From Thermoanaerobaculia bacterium (lineage in GTDB: Bacteria > Acidobacteriota > Thermoanaerobaculia > Multivoradales > JAGPDF01), in assembly GCA_039932055.1 (NCBI GenBank), contig JBDTQT010000001.1, positions 2,418 through 66,417 on the forward strand: a stretch of DNA of 64,000 nucleotides, written 5' to 3'. The notes beneath the pieces are model-generated. The model saw nothing but the letters and a program-made list of their open reading frames with translations. It was not told the origin of the DNA and did no database searches. Shown here one piece after another: positions 50,688 through 61,286 of the stretch; the stretch's first letter is position 1; each line of letters opens with the position of its first letter. A program made the position numbers and the translations under genes.

Positions 50688-51970
50688 GAGCTCTTCTCCC
50701 CGGTGCCGACCTTGACCTTGACGCCCTCCTTGAGGTCGCGGCTGATCGCGCGATAGCTGCCGGTGACGACCTGATCGGCGGCCGCGACGCCATCGAGAAG
50801 CTCGATATGGGTGTCGCTCTGGATGCCGGTCTTCACCTGCCTGGCGTGCGCGATGCCACCTTCGATCACGAAAACGACCTGGACGAAGCCGTCCTTGTCC
50901 GGGATGAAGGAGGGGGCGGCGCCAGAGGCGCCGTCCTTCGCCGCCGCGCCGAGCTGGTCGGGCGTGCGCACGGCGACGCTCTGGATCGGCACGCCGAGGG
51001 CGCTCTCGCGCACCTCGGTGACGATATCGGCGCTGGCGGTCATGCCGGGGCGCAGTTGGCTGCCGGGATCGAGGATCGCGACTTTGACCTCGAACTCGGT
51101 CTTCTGGTCGGTCGTCCCCTGGCCAGCAATTTTGGCGCTGCTCGCGATGTCGGTGACCGTCCCCTTGAAGCTCGCTCCGGGCAGGGCGTCGATTTCGATC
51201 GTCGCCTCGTCGCCAAGGGTGAGCTGGACGATGTCGTTCTCGTCGACATCGACCAGGGCCTCCATCCCGGAGAGGTTGGCGAGCTCGAGGATGATGTCTT
51301 CCTGGAACTGCGAGCCGAGGGCGATCTCGCCGACGTCCTTGTTGAGCTTCGAGACGGTCCCGGACATCGGCGCGTAGATCGTCGTCTTCGACAGCGCGTC
51401 GCGCGACTGCTTGAGCGCGGCGCGGGTCTGCGAGACGCGATCCTGCGCCGAGCGCAGGCGGGCCTTGTCGACCTCCACCGCCGACGCGGCGGCATCGAGG
51501 TTCGAGCTCGACTCGAGACTTTTGCCGTGGAGATCCTGGATGCGGGCGAGGTCTTTCACCGCCTTGTCGAGGTTCTCCTTCACGACGGCGGCGTCGGCCT
51601 CGGAGGAACGCAGGTTGGCCTCGGCGCTCTCGACTTCGGCGAGGTAGCGCTCGCGATCGAGCTCGAGCAGGAACTGCCCCTTCTCGACCCAGTCGCCCTC
51701 CTTGACCGAGAGACGGGTGATCTTCGCGGAGACGTCGGCGCTGATGTTGATCTGGGTGACCGGCTGGATGCGGCCGGTGGCGACGACCGTCTGGACGATC
51801 TTGCGCGCTTCGACCGGCGCGGTCTGGACCTCGATCAGGTCGGACTTGCCGCTCCGCGACATGAGCGCGAAGGCGCTCGCGGCGAGGACCACCGGAATGC
51901 CGGCAAAGAGGGCGATCTTCTTCTTCCTGGACATGGCGCGAGGGCTCCGTTCCACGACTTGCGGGTCCAT
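50684..51970 (-). CDS. Efflux periplasmic adaptor subunit (HlyD/MacA family)
   Basis: GGGAGG SD. N-terminal TM, a long coiled-coil, and [10 protein letters not shown] adaptor motif. Its stop overlaps the ATPase start. Confidence 0.8.
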
Positions 51971-52250
51971 GGCCTCCCCTTGGAGAGCCGCTGGGAAGCC
52001 CCTTCCGCCGTGTCGGCGGGTCCGGGGGGCGTCCCGTTCAGAGCTAGTTACGGGGAAGTCGCGCGGAGGTTTCTGCGCCGCCCAGGATGTCTGAGCGCCA
52101 GTTCTCGCCGCCGCTGATGCAGACGCCCCGAAGCGCCTCGGCGATCAGGATGTTGGGGCCGCCTCGCCGGGCGGGGGCGCGGGTGCGGGACGCAGGATAC
52201 GCTGCATCGCGCCGGACGCGTGACGCGGGCGGCAAGCGGAAGGAACCACC

Positions 52251-52640
52251 ATGACGATGCTCCACCATCTGGCCCTGGCGCGCACCTCCGAGAAGGCGAG
52301 CGACCGCTTCTACGTCGGCCTCCTCGGTTTCGAGAAGCGGCGCGAGAAGCGCGTCGACGCCGGTCTCTGTCATGCGCTCTTCGGTGTGGCGCGGGAGCAT
52401 CGGCTGATCGACTACGCTGGCGACGGTGTGCAGTTCGAGATCTTCCTCGTCCCCCCGGGAGAGATGCCGCCGGCCGGGCTCGCGCATGTCTGCCTGGAAG
52501 TGGGCGACGCGGGCGGCCTCGTGGAGCGCTGCAGGGCGGCGAACCTGGAGGTTCGCGAGGTGCCGCGCGGCGAGCGCAGGGTGACTTTCGTCGTCGATGA
52601 GGACGGCAACCTGTACGAAATCAAACAGCTTCCGGCGTAG
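52251..52640 (+). CDS. VOC (glyoxalase/bleomycin-resistance/dioxygenase) family protein
   Basis: [24 protein letters not shown] ... [19 protein letters not shown]. Confidence 0.75.
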   Translation: MTMLHHLALARTSEKASDRFYVGLLGFEKRREKRVDAGLCHALFGVAREHRLIDYAGDGVQFEIFLVPPGEMPPAGLAHVCLEVGDAGGLVERCRAANLEVREVPRGERRVTFVVDEDGNLYEIKQLPA

Positions 52641-52669
52641 CCTTGGGCGACGCCGCGAAAGGAGATTGC

Positions 52670-53560
52670 ATGGCCGACATGGACGGCAGCCGCGAGAACA
52701 GGGAGTTCCACGCCGACGTGCCGCAGGTGACGGAGGGCTTCTTCCTCAAGGGCTCGGCGCACTACGACTGGGGGCTCAAGAACAGGCTGGCGCGGATCTT
52801 CGACCCGAAGTCGGGGCGCACCGTGATGCTGGCGTTCGACCACGGCTACTTCCAGGGGCCGACCACCGGTCTCGAGCGCATCGACCTCTCGATCGTGCCG
52901 CTGATTCCGTACGCCGATACCCTGATGCTGACGCGTGGCGCGCTGCGCACGATGATTCCGCCGGCGTCGCGGGCGGCGATCGTGCTGCGCGCCTCGGGCG
53001 GCCCGAGCATTCTCAAGGAGCTGTCGAACGAGGAGATCGCGGTCGACATCGAGGATGCGCTGCGGTTGAACGCCTCGGCGCTCGCGGTGCAGGTCTTCGT
53101 CGGCGGCGAGCACGAGACGAAGTCGATCCACAATCTCACCCGCCTGGTCGACGCCGGCAACCGCTACGGCGTGCCGGTGCTCGCGGTCACCGCAGTCGGC
53201 AAGGAGATGGTGCGCGACGCCAAGTACTTCCGGCTCGCCACCCGCATCTGCGCCGAGCTCGGCGCGCACTACGTCAAGACCTACTACGTCGAGGACGGCT
53301 TCGAGACCGTCACCTCGTGCTGCCCGGTGCCGATCGTCATCGCCGGCGGCAAGAAGCTCCCCGAGCTCGAGGCCCTGACCATGGCCGCCAACGCCGTGCG
53401 GCAAGGCGCCTCGGGCGTCGACATGGGGCGCAACATCTTCCAGTCGGAAGCGCCGGCGGCGATGCTCCGCGCCGTCCGCGCCGTCGTCCACGACGGCGCC
53501 TCGCCGGCCGCAGCCCACGATCTTTTCCGCAAGCTCGCGGCCGGCGACGGTGCAAAATGA
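52670..53560 (+). CDS. Class I fructose-bisphosphate aldolase, DhnA/FbaB (DeoC/LacD) family
   Basis: [23 protein letters not shown] and the Schiff-base lysine context HYVKTYY. Confidence 0.8.
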   Translation: MADMDGSRENREFHADVPQVTEGFFLKGSAHYDWGLKNRLARIFDPKSGRTVMLAFDHGYFQGPTTGLERIDLSIVPLIPYADTLMLTRGALRTMIPPASRAAIVLRASGGPSILKELSNEEIAVDIEDALRLNASALAVQVFVGGEHETKSIHNLTRLVDAGNRYGVPVLAVTAVGKEMVRDAKYFRLATRICAELGAHYVKTYYVEDGFETVTSCCPVPIVIAGGKKLPELEALTMAANAVRQGASGVDMGRNIFQSEAPAAMLRAVRAVVHDGASPAAAHDLFRKLAAGDGAK

Positions 53561-53742
53561 CTTGGTACACCTGGCTCATTTTGGCGATGGTCGTTGTGGC
53601 GATCGCCGCCGTTACCGGCATCAAGCCGCGAAAGACCCGGCACGTCGCGCACACCAACCTGATGGGAGTGGCGCGGATCGCCCTGGCGGCGATCGCGCTG
53701 ATCCTGCTCTACCTGGCCTACCGCTCCCGTTCCGGCGGTTAG
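53557..53742 (+). CDS. Small two-TM membrane protein (61 aa)
   Basis: [55 protein letters not shown]. Its ATG overlaps the aldolase stop (ATGA). Confidence 0.45.
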   Translation: MTWYTWLILAMVVVAIAAVTGIKPRKTRHVAHTNLMGVARIALAAIALILLYLAYRSRSGG

Positions 53743-54166
53743 CCGGGCGCCGGTCAGGCGCCACCGCTTTCCGCGGCTTTCCGCAGGATGTCCAAGCGCT
53801 GTCTCCGCCGCCGGCGGCATCCGAAAACTCGCAAACTCGGCTGGCACTTTCGCGGCCTTCGTCCGGGAGCCTTGCCCGGGCCGTCGTCCTGGCGCTGGGC
53901 ACCTCCGGCGCGTTCGTCGGGACGGCGACGGTTCTGCAAGCGCTACCCGACGCCGGCAGCCTCACCTCCGTCCGCAGCCAGTGGTTCGGCAACGAGGCGA
54001 TCGACGGCAGGGTGCCGAAGCTTCTAAGCCGCTTCACCTCCGGCGGAGAGGCCTCGGCGCACTCATCGGACGCCTACGGCTGCGCTGCGGACGGTTTTGC
54101 CTCCGGCGACGTCCCTTCTGGCCGGCGTCGGCGCGGTGACGGCAGGGCCGGACTGCTGGAGCGGCG

Positions 54167-54805
54167 CTACTTCGCCAGCGCGAACGGCACGAACGCGGCG
54201 GTCTTCTCCCAGGCCATCGCCAGCTTGCCGCCGGCGTCGGTCATGTCGGCGAAGGCGATGGTGAACTGGTCGATCGCGACCGCCGGCGTGACCATCGTCA
54301 TCGGCACGCGCACGACATCGAACTTCGCGTCGTAGTCGTACGAACCCCAGATCTTCGCCTTGTCCTTCGGGTCGTACTTGTCCTGGGTCGGCTGGGTCGA
54401 GAGGATAAGCGTCCAGGCGCCCTCCTGCAACGCGACGAAGAGGTCGTAGCTGCCGGCCTCGAGCCGCTTGCCGCCGATCGTGAGGGGAACTTCGGTGGAA
54501 AGCTTCGTCGTCTGGTTCGCTCCGGCGCGCCAGACCGGGGCGCCGGCGTTGACCGTTTTGCCGTAGTCCGCGCCCTTGCCGAAGATCTCCGACCGGCCGC
54601 GCAGCATCGGGCGGGCGTAGGTGACCTCGATCCACTTGCCGCCGGAGTAGGCGCGTTCGCCGTCCTTGTCGGGCGCGGCCCAGGTGCCGCCGACCATCGT
54701 GGAGGCGCTACCGGCCGGCGAGAGCGGCTTCTTCTCCTGCGCCGAAGCGATCCAGGAGCCTGCGAGGAGCAGCGAGACTGCGAGAGCGGATGCTTTGCGA
54801 ATCAT
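54167..54805 (-). CDS. Secreted protein, DUF2911-like
   Basis: AGGAGGAA SD. Signal peptide MIRKASALAVSLLLAGSWIASAQ. Family assignment is tentative. Confidence 0.5.
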   Translation of the reverse strand: MIRKASALAVSLLLAGSWIASAQEKKPLSPAGSASTMVGGTWAAPDKDGERAYSGGKWIEVTYARPMLRGRSEIFGKGADYGKTVNAGAPVWRAGANQTTKLSTEVPLTIGGKRLEAGSYDLFVALQEGAWTLILSTQPTQDKYDPKDKAKIWGSYDYDAKFDVVRVPMTMVTPAVAIDQFTIAFADMTDAGGKLAMAWEKTAAFVPFALAK

Positions 54806-55069
54806 GGATTCCTCCTGTACTTGGTTGAAGCGCGGCCCGCGTGTGTGGTTCCCCGCGTGGGCTGACCCTACAACGTCCTCGCGCCCGTGGCGCAACGTAC
54901 AATACGGCATCAATTTCCCATCGACCTCCTGCCTCTCCCGGCGGTGCCGGTGAGCCCTCACGCGAGCCTCCCGACGCGCCAACCGCACGCTCCTGCCCAA
55001 TCGCCTGGAATCGGCCGAGGACGGTGAAGTCGAGCACCTGTCGCGGTCCGAACCGCGATAACGGCCGCG

Positions 55070-55642
55070 TTACGCCGGGTGGGGCAGTTCCGTCGCGGCG
55101 CGCGTGATGAAGGCGAGGAACTCGTTCATGTACGACTGCAGGAACTGGCGCGTCGACTCGTCGGCGACCTCACCGTCGTCGGCAATGAGCCCGGGGGTGA
55201 ACTGGATGTAGGCCTCCGGCGAGGACATCTGCGGCGAGTTGCAGAAGCCCAGGATGCCGCGCAGATGCTGCTGGCCGACGGCGGTGCCGATCTTTCCCGG
55301 CGAGGTGCCGATAACCGCGCTCGGCTTGTGGGCGAACGAGTTCGTACCGTAGGGGCGGCTCGCCCAGTCGATCGCGTTCTTCAGCCCGCCGGGGATCGAG
55401 CGGTTGTACTCCGGAGTGACGAAGAGAACGGCATCGACGGCGGCGATCGCCGCTTTGAAAGCCCTGGCTACCGGCGGATAGTCGGCGTCGTAGTCGTAAC
55501 TGTAGATCGGCAGCTCCGCGAACGGAATCTCCGTGAGCGCGAGCGCCGGCGGCGCGAGGCGGGCGAGCGCAAGCGCCAGCTTGCGGTTGATCGAGGCTTT
55601 GGCGAGGCTGCCGACGAGGTACCCGACGCGGTAGGTGGTCAT
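55070..55642 (-). CDS. NADPH-dependent FMN reductase family oxidoreductase
   Basis: YRVGYLVGSLAKASINRKL flavodoxin-like N-terminal motif and the VLFVTPEYNRSIPGGLKNAIDW segment. Confidence 0.8.
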   Translation of the reverse strand: MTTYRVGYLVGSLAKASINRKLALALARLAPPALALTEIPFAELPIYSYDYDADYPPVARAFKAAIAAVDAVLFVTPEYNRSIPGGLKNAIDWASRPYGTNSFAHKPSAVIGTSPGKIGTAVGQQHLRGILGFCNSPQMSSPEAYIQFTPGLIADDGEVADESTRQFLQSYMNEFLAFITRAATELPHPA

Positions 55643-55957
55643 GCGAGGAAGCCTACTAGCTCGAGGTTGATCCGGTGCCTGCTTGCCCATGTTTCGCAGT
55701 ATCTGAGTACTAAGTACGCTTCACCGGGCTGTGCTCGACCCCTACGCTGATTGGGCTTCGACGGCAGGGCAGCGCCCGTGAGCAAATCCCTCTAGTTCGT
55801 CGTCTCTCGCCCGGTCTTCGGACGGGACTGCGTCGCCGAAGCGCCCGCCCGGTTCCAGCAGGCAGCCTTTCGATCGCTGGGGCGATTGGCTCCGGCGCGT
55901 GAGCTCTGGATCCGATTCCGAGAAGAGAGCAGTTCTGACGTGACAAGGAGAGCGCTG

Positions 55958-56788
55958 ATGAGAGTCAAGTACGGGATGAAGTGCATGTCTATCTGGGTGC
56001 CGATGATCCTCGGCATCTTCGCGGCGATGCCGACTCAGGCGGCCGGTCCGGCACCGGTGAACCTTCGGACGGCCGGGAGGTACGTGATTCTCTCGAAGGC
56101 GGGAATCTCGACCACGGGTGTGACATCGATCGTGGGCGATATCGGGGTCAGCCCGATCGCCGCGACGGCCATCACGGGATTCGACCTGATCCTCAGCCCT
56201 ACCCGAAGGTTTTCGACATCTGCAGAGATTACCGGCAAGGTGTACGCGTCGGACTATGCGGCGCCCACACCCGCGAGAATGAGCGCCGCCGTGGCCGACA
56301 TGGAGACCGCCTACACCGACGCCGAGGGCCGGACCCTGCCTGACTTCACCGAGCTGTACTCCGGCGATCTCACCGGGCAGACGCTGACTCCGGGGCTCTA
56401 CAAATGGGGAACCGGCGTCCTGGTGTCTGCCGGCGGCGTCACCATTTCGGGCGGCCCGACCGATGTCTGGATCTTCCAGATCGCGCAGGATCTGACTGTC
56501 GAAGCAGGTGCCATCGTGACCCTGGCGGGGGGCGCGAGCGCCGCCAATATCTTCTGGCAGGTCGCTGGCGAGACCACCCTCGGGACGACGGCACGAATGA
56601 AAGGGATCGTTCTGTGCGCCACCCAGATTGCGATGAACACGGGCGCGAGGCTGGTGGGCAGGGCGCTGGCGCAAACCGCAGTCACTCTGGACGCAAACGT
56701 CATCTATATGGCGGTGAGCGACAACGCCATTTTCATCGACGGCTTCGAGACCGGCAATACGTCTCGTTGGTCGGCCACAATCCAGTAA
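55958..56788 (+). CDS. DUF3494 ice-binding-like family secreted protein
   Basis: AAGGAGA SD. Signal peptide. AGISTTGVTSIVGDIGVSPIAATAITGF matches the DUF3494 N-terminal signature; the remainder is T/G/A-rich and beta-helix-like. Confidence 0.7.
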   Translation: MRVKYGMKCMSIWVPMILGIFAAMPTQAAGPAPVNLRTAGRYVILSKAGISTTGVTSIVGDIGVSPIAATAITGFDLILSPTRRFSTSAEITGKVYASDYAAPTPARMSAAVADMETAYTDAEGRTLPDFTELYSGDLTGQTLTPGLYKWGTGVLVSAGGVTISGGPTDVWIFQIAQDLTVEAGAIVTLAGGASAANIFWQVAGETTLGTTARMKGIVLCATQIAMNTGARLVGRALAQTAVTLDANVIYMAVSDNAIFIDGFETGNTSRWSATIQ

Positions 56789-57016
56789 GCCCTGGCGGTG
56801 CGCCAGGGGCGCAACCGCGTCGAGGATCCGGACGGCGCGATCTCCCGCAAGGTGTTCGGTCAGGCGCTGTGCGAGCTCGGGGAGGTCGCGCGAGGCATGC
56901 GGTCGAGGCTGTTGAAGATTGGGTCTCCTCGTGCCGCCCGCCGGCCGACGTACTCCCCGTTGACCGAAAGACGGTCGCCGTGTCCGGACGGGGCCGTCCC
57001 GAGTGGCTCGATCTGC

Positions 57017-58186
57017 TCAGCTTGAGGAGAACGCAGACCCGTCGCTGGTGACGCTCCCATGAAGCTCCGCGGCAATGGACTCCGCGACCGCGGCGGCGAC
57101 TTGGCCGTCGTCGTCGACAACGAGGACGTGTCCCATTTTTCGCCCCTCGGTCGGATCCTTCTTGCCGTAGAGGTGGAGCCGCGCCGACGGACGGGCCAGC
57201 ACTGCGTCCCACCGCGGCGGCCCTGGGCGCCAGAGGTCGCCGAGGAGGTTCAGCATGGCGGCGGGGCGAAGGAGCGACGGGTCGCCGAGGGGGAGTCCGC
57301 AGATCGCCCGCACGTGTTGCTCGAACTGTGACGTCGCGCAGGCGCCGAACGTGTAGTGCCCACTATTGTGCGTACGCGGAGCAATCTCGTTGACGAGAAG
57401 GGCACCATCGCGCGTCACAAAGAGCTCGACGGCCAGCATCCCGACGTGACCGAGCGCCGCCGCGATTCGCGCGCCGATCTCTCCGGCCGCGCGCGCGAGC
57501 GCGACCGGGATACGCGCGGGAACACGGGTTGTGTGAAGGATGTGCCGGCGGTGGGCGTTCTCGGCGATGGGATAGATGCAAATGCCACCATCGAGCGCGC
57601 GCGCAAGAAGCACGGAGACCTCTCGCTCGAAGTCGACGAACGCTTCGACGACGGCGGGTGCCTCGCCGATCGCCTGCCATGCTGCGAGGAGATCTTCCTG
57701 GCGGTCGACCCGCGCTTGCCCTTTACCGTCGTAGCCCGACCGGCGGGTTTTGAGGACGCAGGGGAATCCGACATCGCGCGCGGCGGCCAGGAGGGCATCC
57801 GCCGTGGGCACAGAGGCATGGCGCACCTGGGGCACCCCGATCGAGGCGACGAAGCGTCGCTGCTCGAGTCGGTCCTGGACGACGCGCAGAACCGCGGAAG
57901 AAGGCCGAACAGGCGTCAGCGTCTCGAGGTCGGCCAGCAACTCCGCGGGCACGTGCTCTGTATCCAGGGTCACGACGTCGCTCAGGGCCGCCAGGGCCCG
58001 CGCCCGTTCGACGTCGTCCAGTCTCCCCGTCACGCGAACGTCTGCAACCTGCCCGGCCGGCCCATCCGGGTCCGGGTCGAGCACGGCGACGCGATAACCC
58101 ATGCGGCGAGCTTCCAAAGCCAACATGCGAGCCAACTGACCGCCGCCGAGGATCCCGATGGTTCCCCCGGGCCACACCGGGCTCAC
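57017..58186 (-). CDS. purK: N5-carboxyaminoimidazole ribonucleotide synthase
   Basis: [22 protein letters not shown] and an ATP-grasp layout. Overlaps purE by 4 nt. Confidence 0.9.
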   Translation of the reverse strand: MSPVWPGGTIGILGGGQLARMLALEARRMGYRVAVLDPDPDGPAGQVADVRVTGRLDDVERARALAALSDVVTLDTEHVPAELLADLETLTPVRPSSAVLRVVQDRLEQRRFVASIGVPQVRHASVPTADALLAAARDVGFPCVLKTRRSGYDGKGQARVDRQEDLLAAWQAIGEAPAVVEAFVDFEREVSVLLARALDGGICIYPIAENAHRRHILHTTRVPARIPVALARAAGEIGARIAAALGHVGMLAVELFVTRDGALLVNEIAPRTHNSGHYTFGACATSQFEQHVRAICGLPLGDPSLLRPAAMLNLLGDLWRPGPPRWDAVLARPSARLHLYGKKDPTEGRKMGHVLVVDDDGQVAAAVAESIAAELHGSVTSDGSAFSSS

Positions 58187-58683
58187 AGCGTTTCCCCGAG
58201 TACGGTGGCGGTCTGCCGGCTGCGATACGCCTTCAGGCGTTCCTTCAGCGCGGGATCGCCCAGTGAGAGAACGGCCGTTGCCAGCAAGGCGGCATTCGCC
58301 GCTCCAGCCTCGCCGATTGCGAGCGTGCCGACGGGAACCCCCTTGGGCATCTGCACGATGGACAAGAGAGAATCCAAGCCCTGAAGCGCCTTGGACTGCA
58401 CGGGGACACCGAGCACGGGGAGAGTCGTTTTGGCCGCTGCCATGCCGGGCAGATGGGCCGCGCCCCCTGCTCCGGCAATGATCACCTGGATCCCGCGCCC
58501 TTCTGCGCGACTGACGTACTCGAATAGAAGGTCAGGTGTCCTGTGCGCGGAGACGATCTTCGCCTCGCAGGGTACCCCGAGCTCGACGAGCACCTCGACG
58601 GCGTGTTGCATCGTAGTCCAGTCACTCTTGCTACCCATGATGACCGCCACGCGGGGCGTAAGCTCCGAAGTCTCTTTGGTCAT
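58183..58683 (-). CDS. purE: N5-carboxyaminoimidazole ribonucleotide mutase
   Basis: [11 protein letters not shown] and [14 protein letters not shown] motifs. Confidence 0.9.
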   Translation of the reverse strand: MTKETSELTPRVAVIMGSKSDWTTMQHAVEVLVELGVPCEAKIVSAHRTPDLLFEYVSRAEGRGIQVIIAGAGGAAHLPGMAAAKTTLPVLGVPVQSKALQGLDSLLSIVQMPKGVPVGTLAIGEAGAANAALLATAVLSLGDPALKERLKAYRSRQTATVLGETL

Positions 58684-58796
58684 GTTTGCTCCTTGCTGGT
58701 GAATTCACGCGCGCATCGTCGACGAGCCAGACCCCACTGATCAGCGCGAACGTCGCCCCTTCTCATGCCGATGGGCGTTGAATGGCCTCGCGCGAC

Positions 58797-61286
58797 TCAG
58801 GCATCGGCAGACTTCTGCCGCACCCAGCCGGCCTCGCGGCAAGCGCGGATGGCACGCTCGCCGCTGTCAACCTGGAAGAGGTCGAGCCAGCCGTTGGCGA
58901 CGAGCGCGCGAACGTGGCCGTGCTTGCGGAGGACGGCATCTATCGCATCGCAGGGCGCCTCGATGAACACGCTGAGGCGCAGCGGCGTATGCACCCAGCG
59001 CTGGCCGTCATGCACGGACTGCATCGGCAAGCCGATCCTGAGGTCACCGCCATTGCCCTCGAAGACGCCGAGGTGTCCGCCGACGACGTTGTGCAGCACC
59101 TTGTTGCCGCTGCCGTAGCGCGCGTTGTCGACCGTCGACGCGTAGTACTGCAGGTTGATCCAGTGCGCGACCACCATCGGCGCGGTCATGATGAGCTCGA
59201 GCGTCGCGAAGTCCTTGTCCTCCTCGAATCGATACTCGTGAAGAAACGAGCGCCCCTCGAGGTTCAAGTGGCGGCAGTGCTCCCGCGGCGCGACGATGAA
59301 AGAGGCGTTGTTCGCCAGGCCCCACTCCGGGCGAACCTGTGCCCAATCGCGCGTGCGCGCGCGCAAAGCTTCGTGCAGCCGCGACGGCTCGACGCCTCCG
59401 AGGCCCAGGCTCCGCGAGCGCTCGGCACGCGCACGCTCGCCGGCATTGGCCAGCAACCCGCGCAGCGCCGCGAGCTCGGCGGTGTGCGAGGCTGGCAGCT
59501 CGTCGAGGTCGAAGAGCGCGACGTCATCCGTCGTCGTGTCGTGCAGCCCGGCAACGAACCACGTCTCATCGGGAACGTGGATGCCACGTGCGCTGAGATC
59601 CTGGCGTACGTCGCGATCGTTGAGCAACGCGGCGGCCGCTCGCGCGTTGATCTCGCCGGTCTGCCCGCAGCATGCTCCGCAGTGGAGCCCGGCCGCGTGC
59701 GGGTTGTTGCGCGTCTCGCTGCCGTGCCCACTGAGCAACACGAGCCGGGCGAAGGCTTTGGTGAGGCTCATCGCACGCAATATCCCGGCCGCCAGATCGC
59801 CGCGAGCGCCAAGGGCGAGCGGGTCACCATCGACGCTGCCGACGAGGCGCGGCTTGCGTCGGCCGGAGGCGGCTCGCGACAGGCCCGCATCATCCTCCGC
59901 AACTCCAGGACTCCTGCCCAGGCTGTCGGCGAGGAGCTTCGCCGCGTACGTCAGCCCCATCGCCTCCACGAATGTGAGGGTGGAGACCGCGCCAGCCTTG
60001 AACGACCTCCAGCTTCGAGCGAGGTCGAGGCGCCCGGCGCGATGGGCGGCGTCAGCAGCGTCGAGCCCGGTGTCCTCCACGAGCAGGCGCGGCGCGAGCA
60101 GGCCAGGAAGCTGCGGCCGCATCTCGACCGCGCCGAGCGGCTGGTAGGCGATCGGCAAGCCAAAGAAGCCCGCGAACCCCAGCGTCTGCACCGCCGGGCC
60201 TTGAGCCTCGAGCGCGCGACGAAAGACCTCGGAGCGGACATCGATGCAAAATACCGCCTGAACATGAGGCGCCGCGGGCCGCTTGGCGGACAGCCCCGCG
60301 GGTAGCTTGTGGACGATGGTCTCGTGCCAGGCGAGCTCCATCGCTCGCTGCAAGAACCAGTCGTCGGCTTGGAAGGCATGGGTTGCCGCGTCGACGGCCG
60401 GCCAGGTCGCCATCGCCAGCTGCCACCGCCGATCGACGGCATGGCCCCCGGTCCCGTGCAGCAGCCACTCCCACGCCAGGCGAATGGCAAGCAGGTCGAC
60501 GATCGCGTCGTCGTCGCCGCCCGCCAGACGAGCGTTCCACCTTCTATACGCGCACCACGAGGCCCAGCCGTTCTGGTCCAGCAGGAGACCCCACAGGTAG
60601 GTCTGCGACTCGCCGGCGGGGACATCGAGCTCGGACAGACCGCGCTGCAGCATCGCGCTCGCCGTCGCCGGCAAGGCCTTGGTGGCGTCGCGATAGGAGC
60701 GCAGCCGCATCAACAGCGAGGGGGACTTGTCGTCGAGCGCTTGCCGCCGCCAGGTGGCGAAGAGACCGCCTGTGCGCTCGGGCGTTAGCAAGGCCTGCCC
60801 GTCATCGAAGTAGGCGGCGCAGAACTGGCTGACGCTGTTGGCGACGAAGTCCCGCCAGGACACCTCGTGCAACAGGTTCCGGCCGGCGTCGACGACGTCG
60901 ACGACCCGACTGCGCGTTTGCACCGCTGGCTCGTCGCTCGCCAGCAGCGCGCGCAAGTGATGGACCGTCTTGGAAGAGCCGCTCTCATGCAGGGCGGCCT
61001 GGAGGTGCTCGTCGCGGAAGCGCCCCTCGGCGTGCGCCTGGCGGTACCACGCACGCGGCATCAGTAAACGCGAGCCCGACATGCCGAGCAGAGCACCTGC
61101 CACCGCGGGCAGCGAGCGGTCGATCATGCCCCAGAAGGGGTTGACGGCGATGAAGCGATCGAGCGGCCAGGTCGGCGCGATACGGGCGCAGGCCTGGGCA
61201 ACGGCGTCGTCGAGGCGAGGGTTTGGCGGCAAGCGCCCGGGAGCGGATGCGAGGGACGATCCCGGGCTGGCGTCTACGGCGTTCAC
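58797..61286 (-). CDS. dabA: DabA (DUF2309/YbcC family), catalytic subunit of the DAB inorganic-carbon (CO2 hydration) complex
   Basis: LDDAVAQACARIAPTWPLDRFIAVNPFWG is a DUF2309 N-terminal motif. Internal Cys/His cluster LHCGACCG. GTG start with GAGGAGA SD that overlaps the dabB stop (GTGA). The 1168-aa ORF in the track is a read-through into dabB in another frame. Confidence 0.8.
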   Translation of the reverse strand: MNAVDASPGSSLASAPGRLPPNPRLDDAVAQACARIAPTWPLDRFIAVNPFWGMIDRSLPAVAGALLGMSGSRLLMPRAWYRQAHAEGRFRDEHLQAALHESGSSKTVHHLRALLASDEPAVQTRSRVVDVVDAGRNLLHEVSWRDFVANSVSQFCAAYFDDGQALLTPERTGGLFATWRRQALDDKSPSLLMRLRSYRDATKALPATASAMLQRGLSELDVPAGESQTYLWGLLLDQNGWASWCAYRRWNARLAGGDDDAIVDLLAIRLAWEWLLHGTGGHAVDRRWQLAMATWPAVDAATHAFQADDWFLQRAMELAWHETIVHKLPAGLSAKRPAAPHVQAVFCIDVRSEVFRRALEAQGPAVQTLGFAGFFGLPIAYQPLGAVEMRPQLPGLLAPRLLVEDTGLDAADAAHRAGRLDLARSWRSFKAGAVSTLTFVEAMGLTYAAKLLADSLGRSPGVAEDDAGLSRAASGRRKPRLVGSVDGDPLALGARGDLAAGILRAMSLTKAFARLVLLSGHGSETRNNPHAAGLHCGACCGQTGEINARAAAALLNDRDVRQDLSARGIHVPDETWFVAGLHDTTTDDVALFDLDELPASHTAELAALRGLLANAGERARAERSRSLGLGGVEPSRLHEALRARTRDWAQVRPEWGLANNASFIVAPREHCRHLNLEGRSFLHEYRFEEDKDFATLELIMTAPMVVAHWINLQYYASTVDNARYGSGNKVLHNVVGGHLGVFEGNGGDLRIGLPMQSVHDGQRWVHTPLRLSVFIEAPCDAIDAVLRKHGHVRALVANGWLDLFQVDSGERAIRACREAGWVRQKSADA

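Noticed and set aside
53743-54166. 424-bp ORF-poor gap between convergent genes, searched for tRNA/sRNA or a missed gene
   Set aside because: No cloverleaf-like or conserved motif was seen. The only ORFs are R/G-rich artefacts. Left unannotated.
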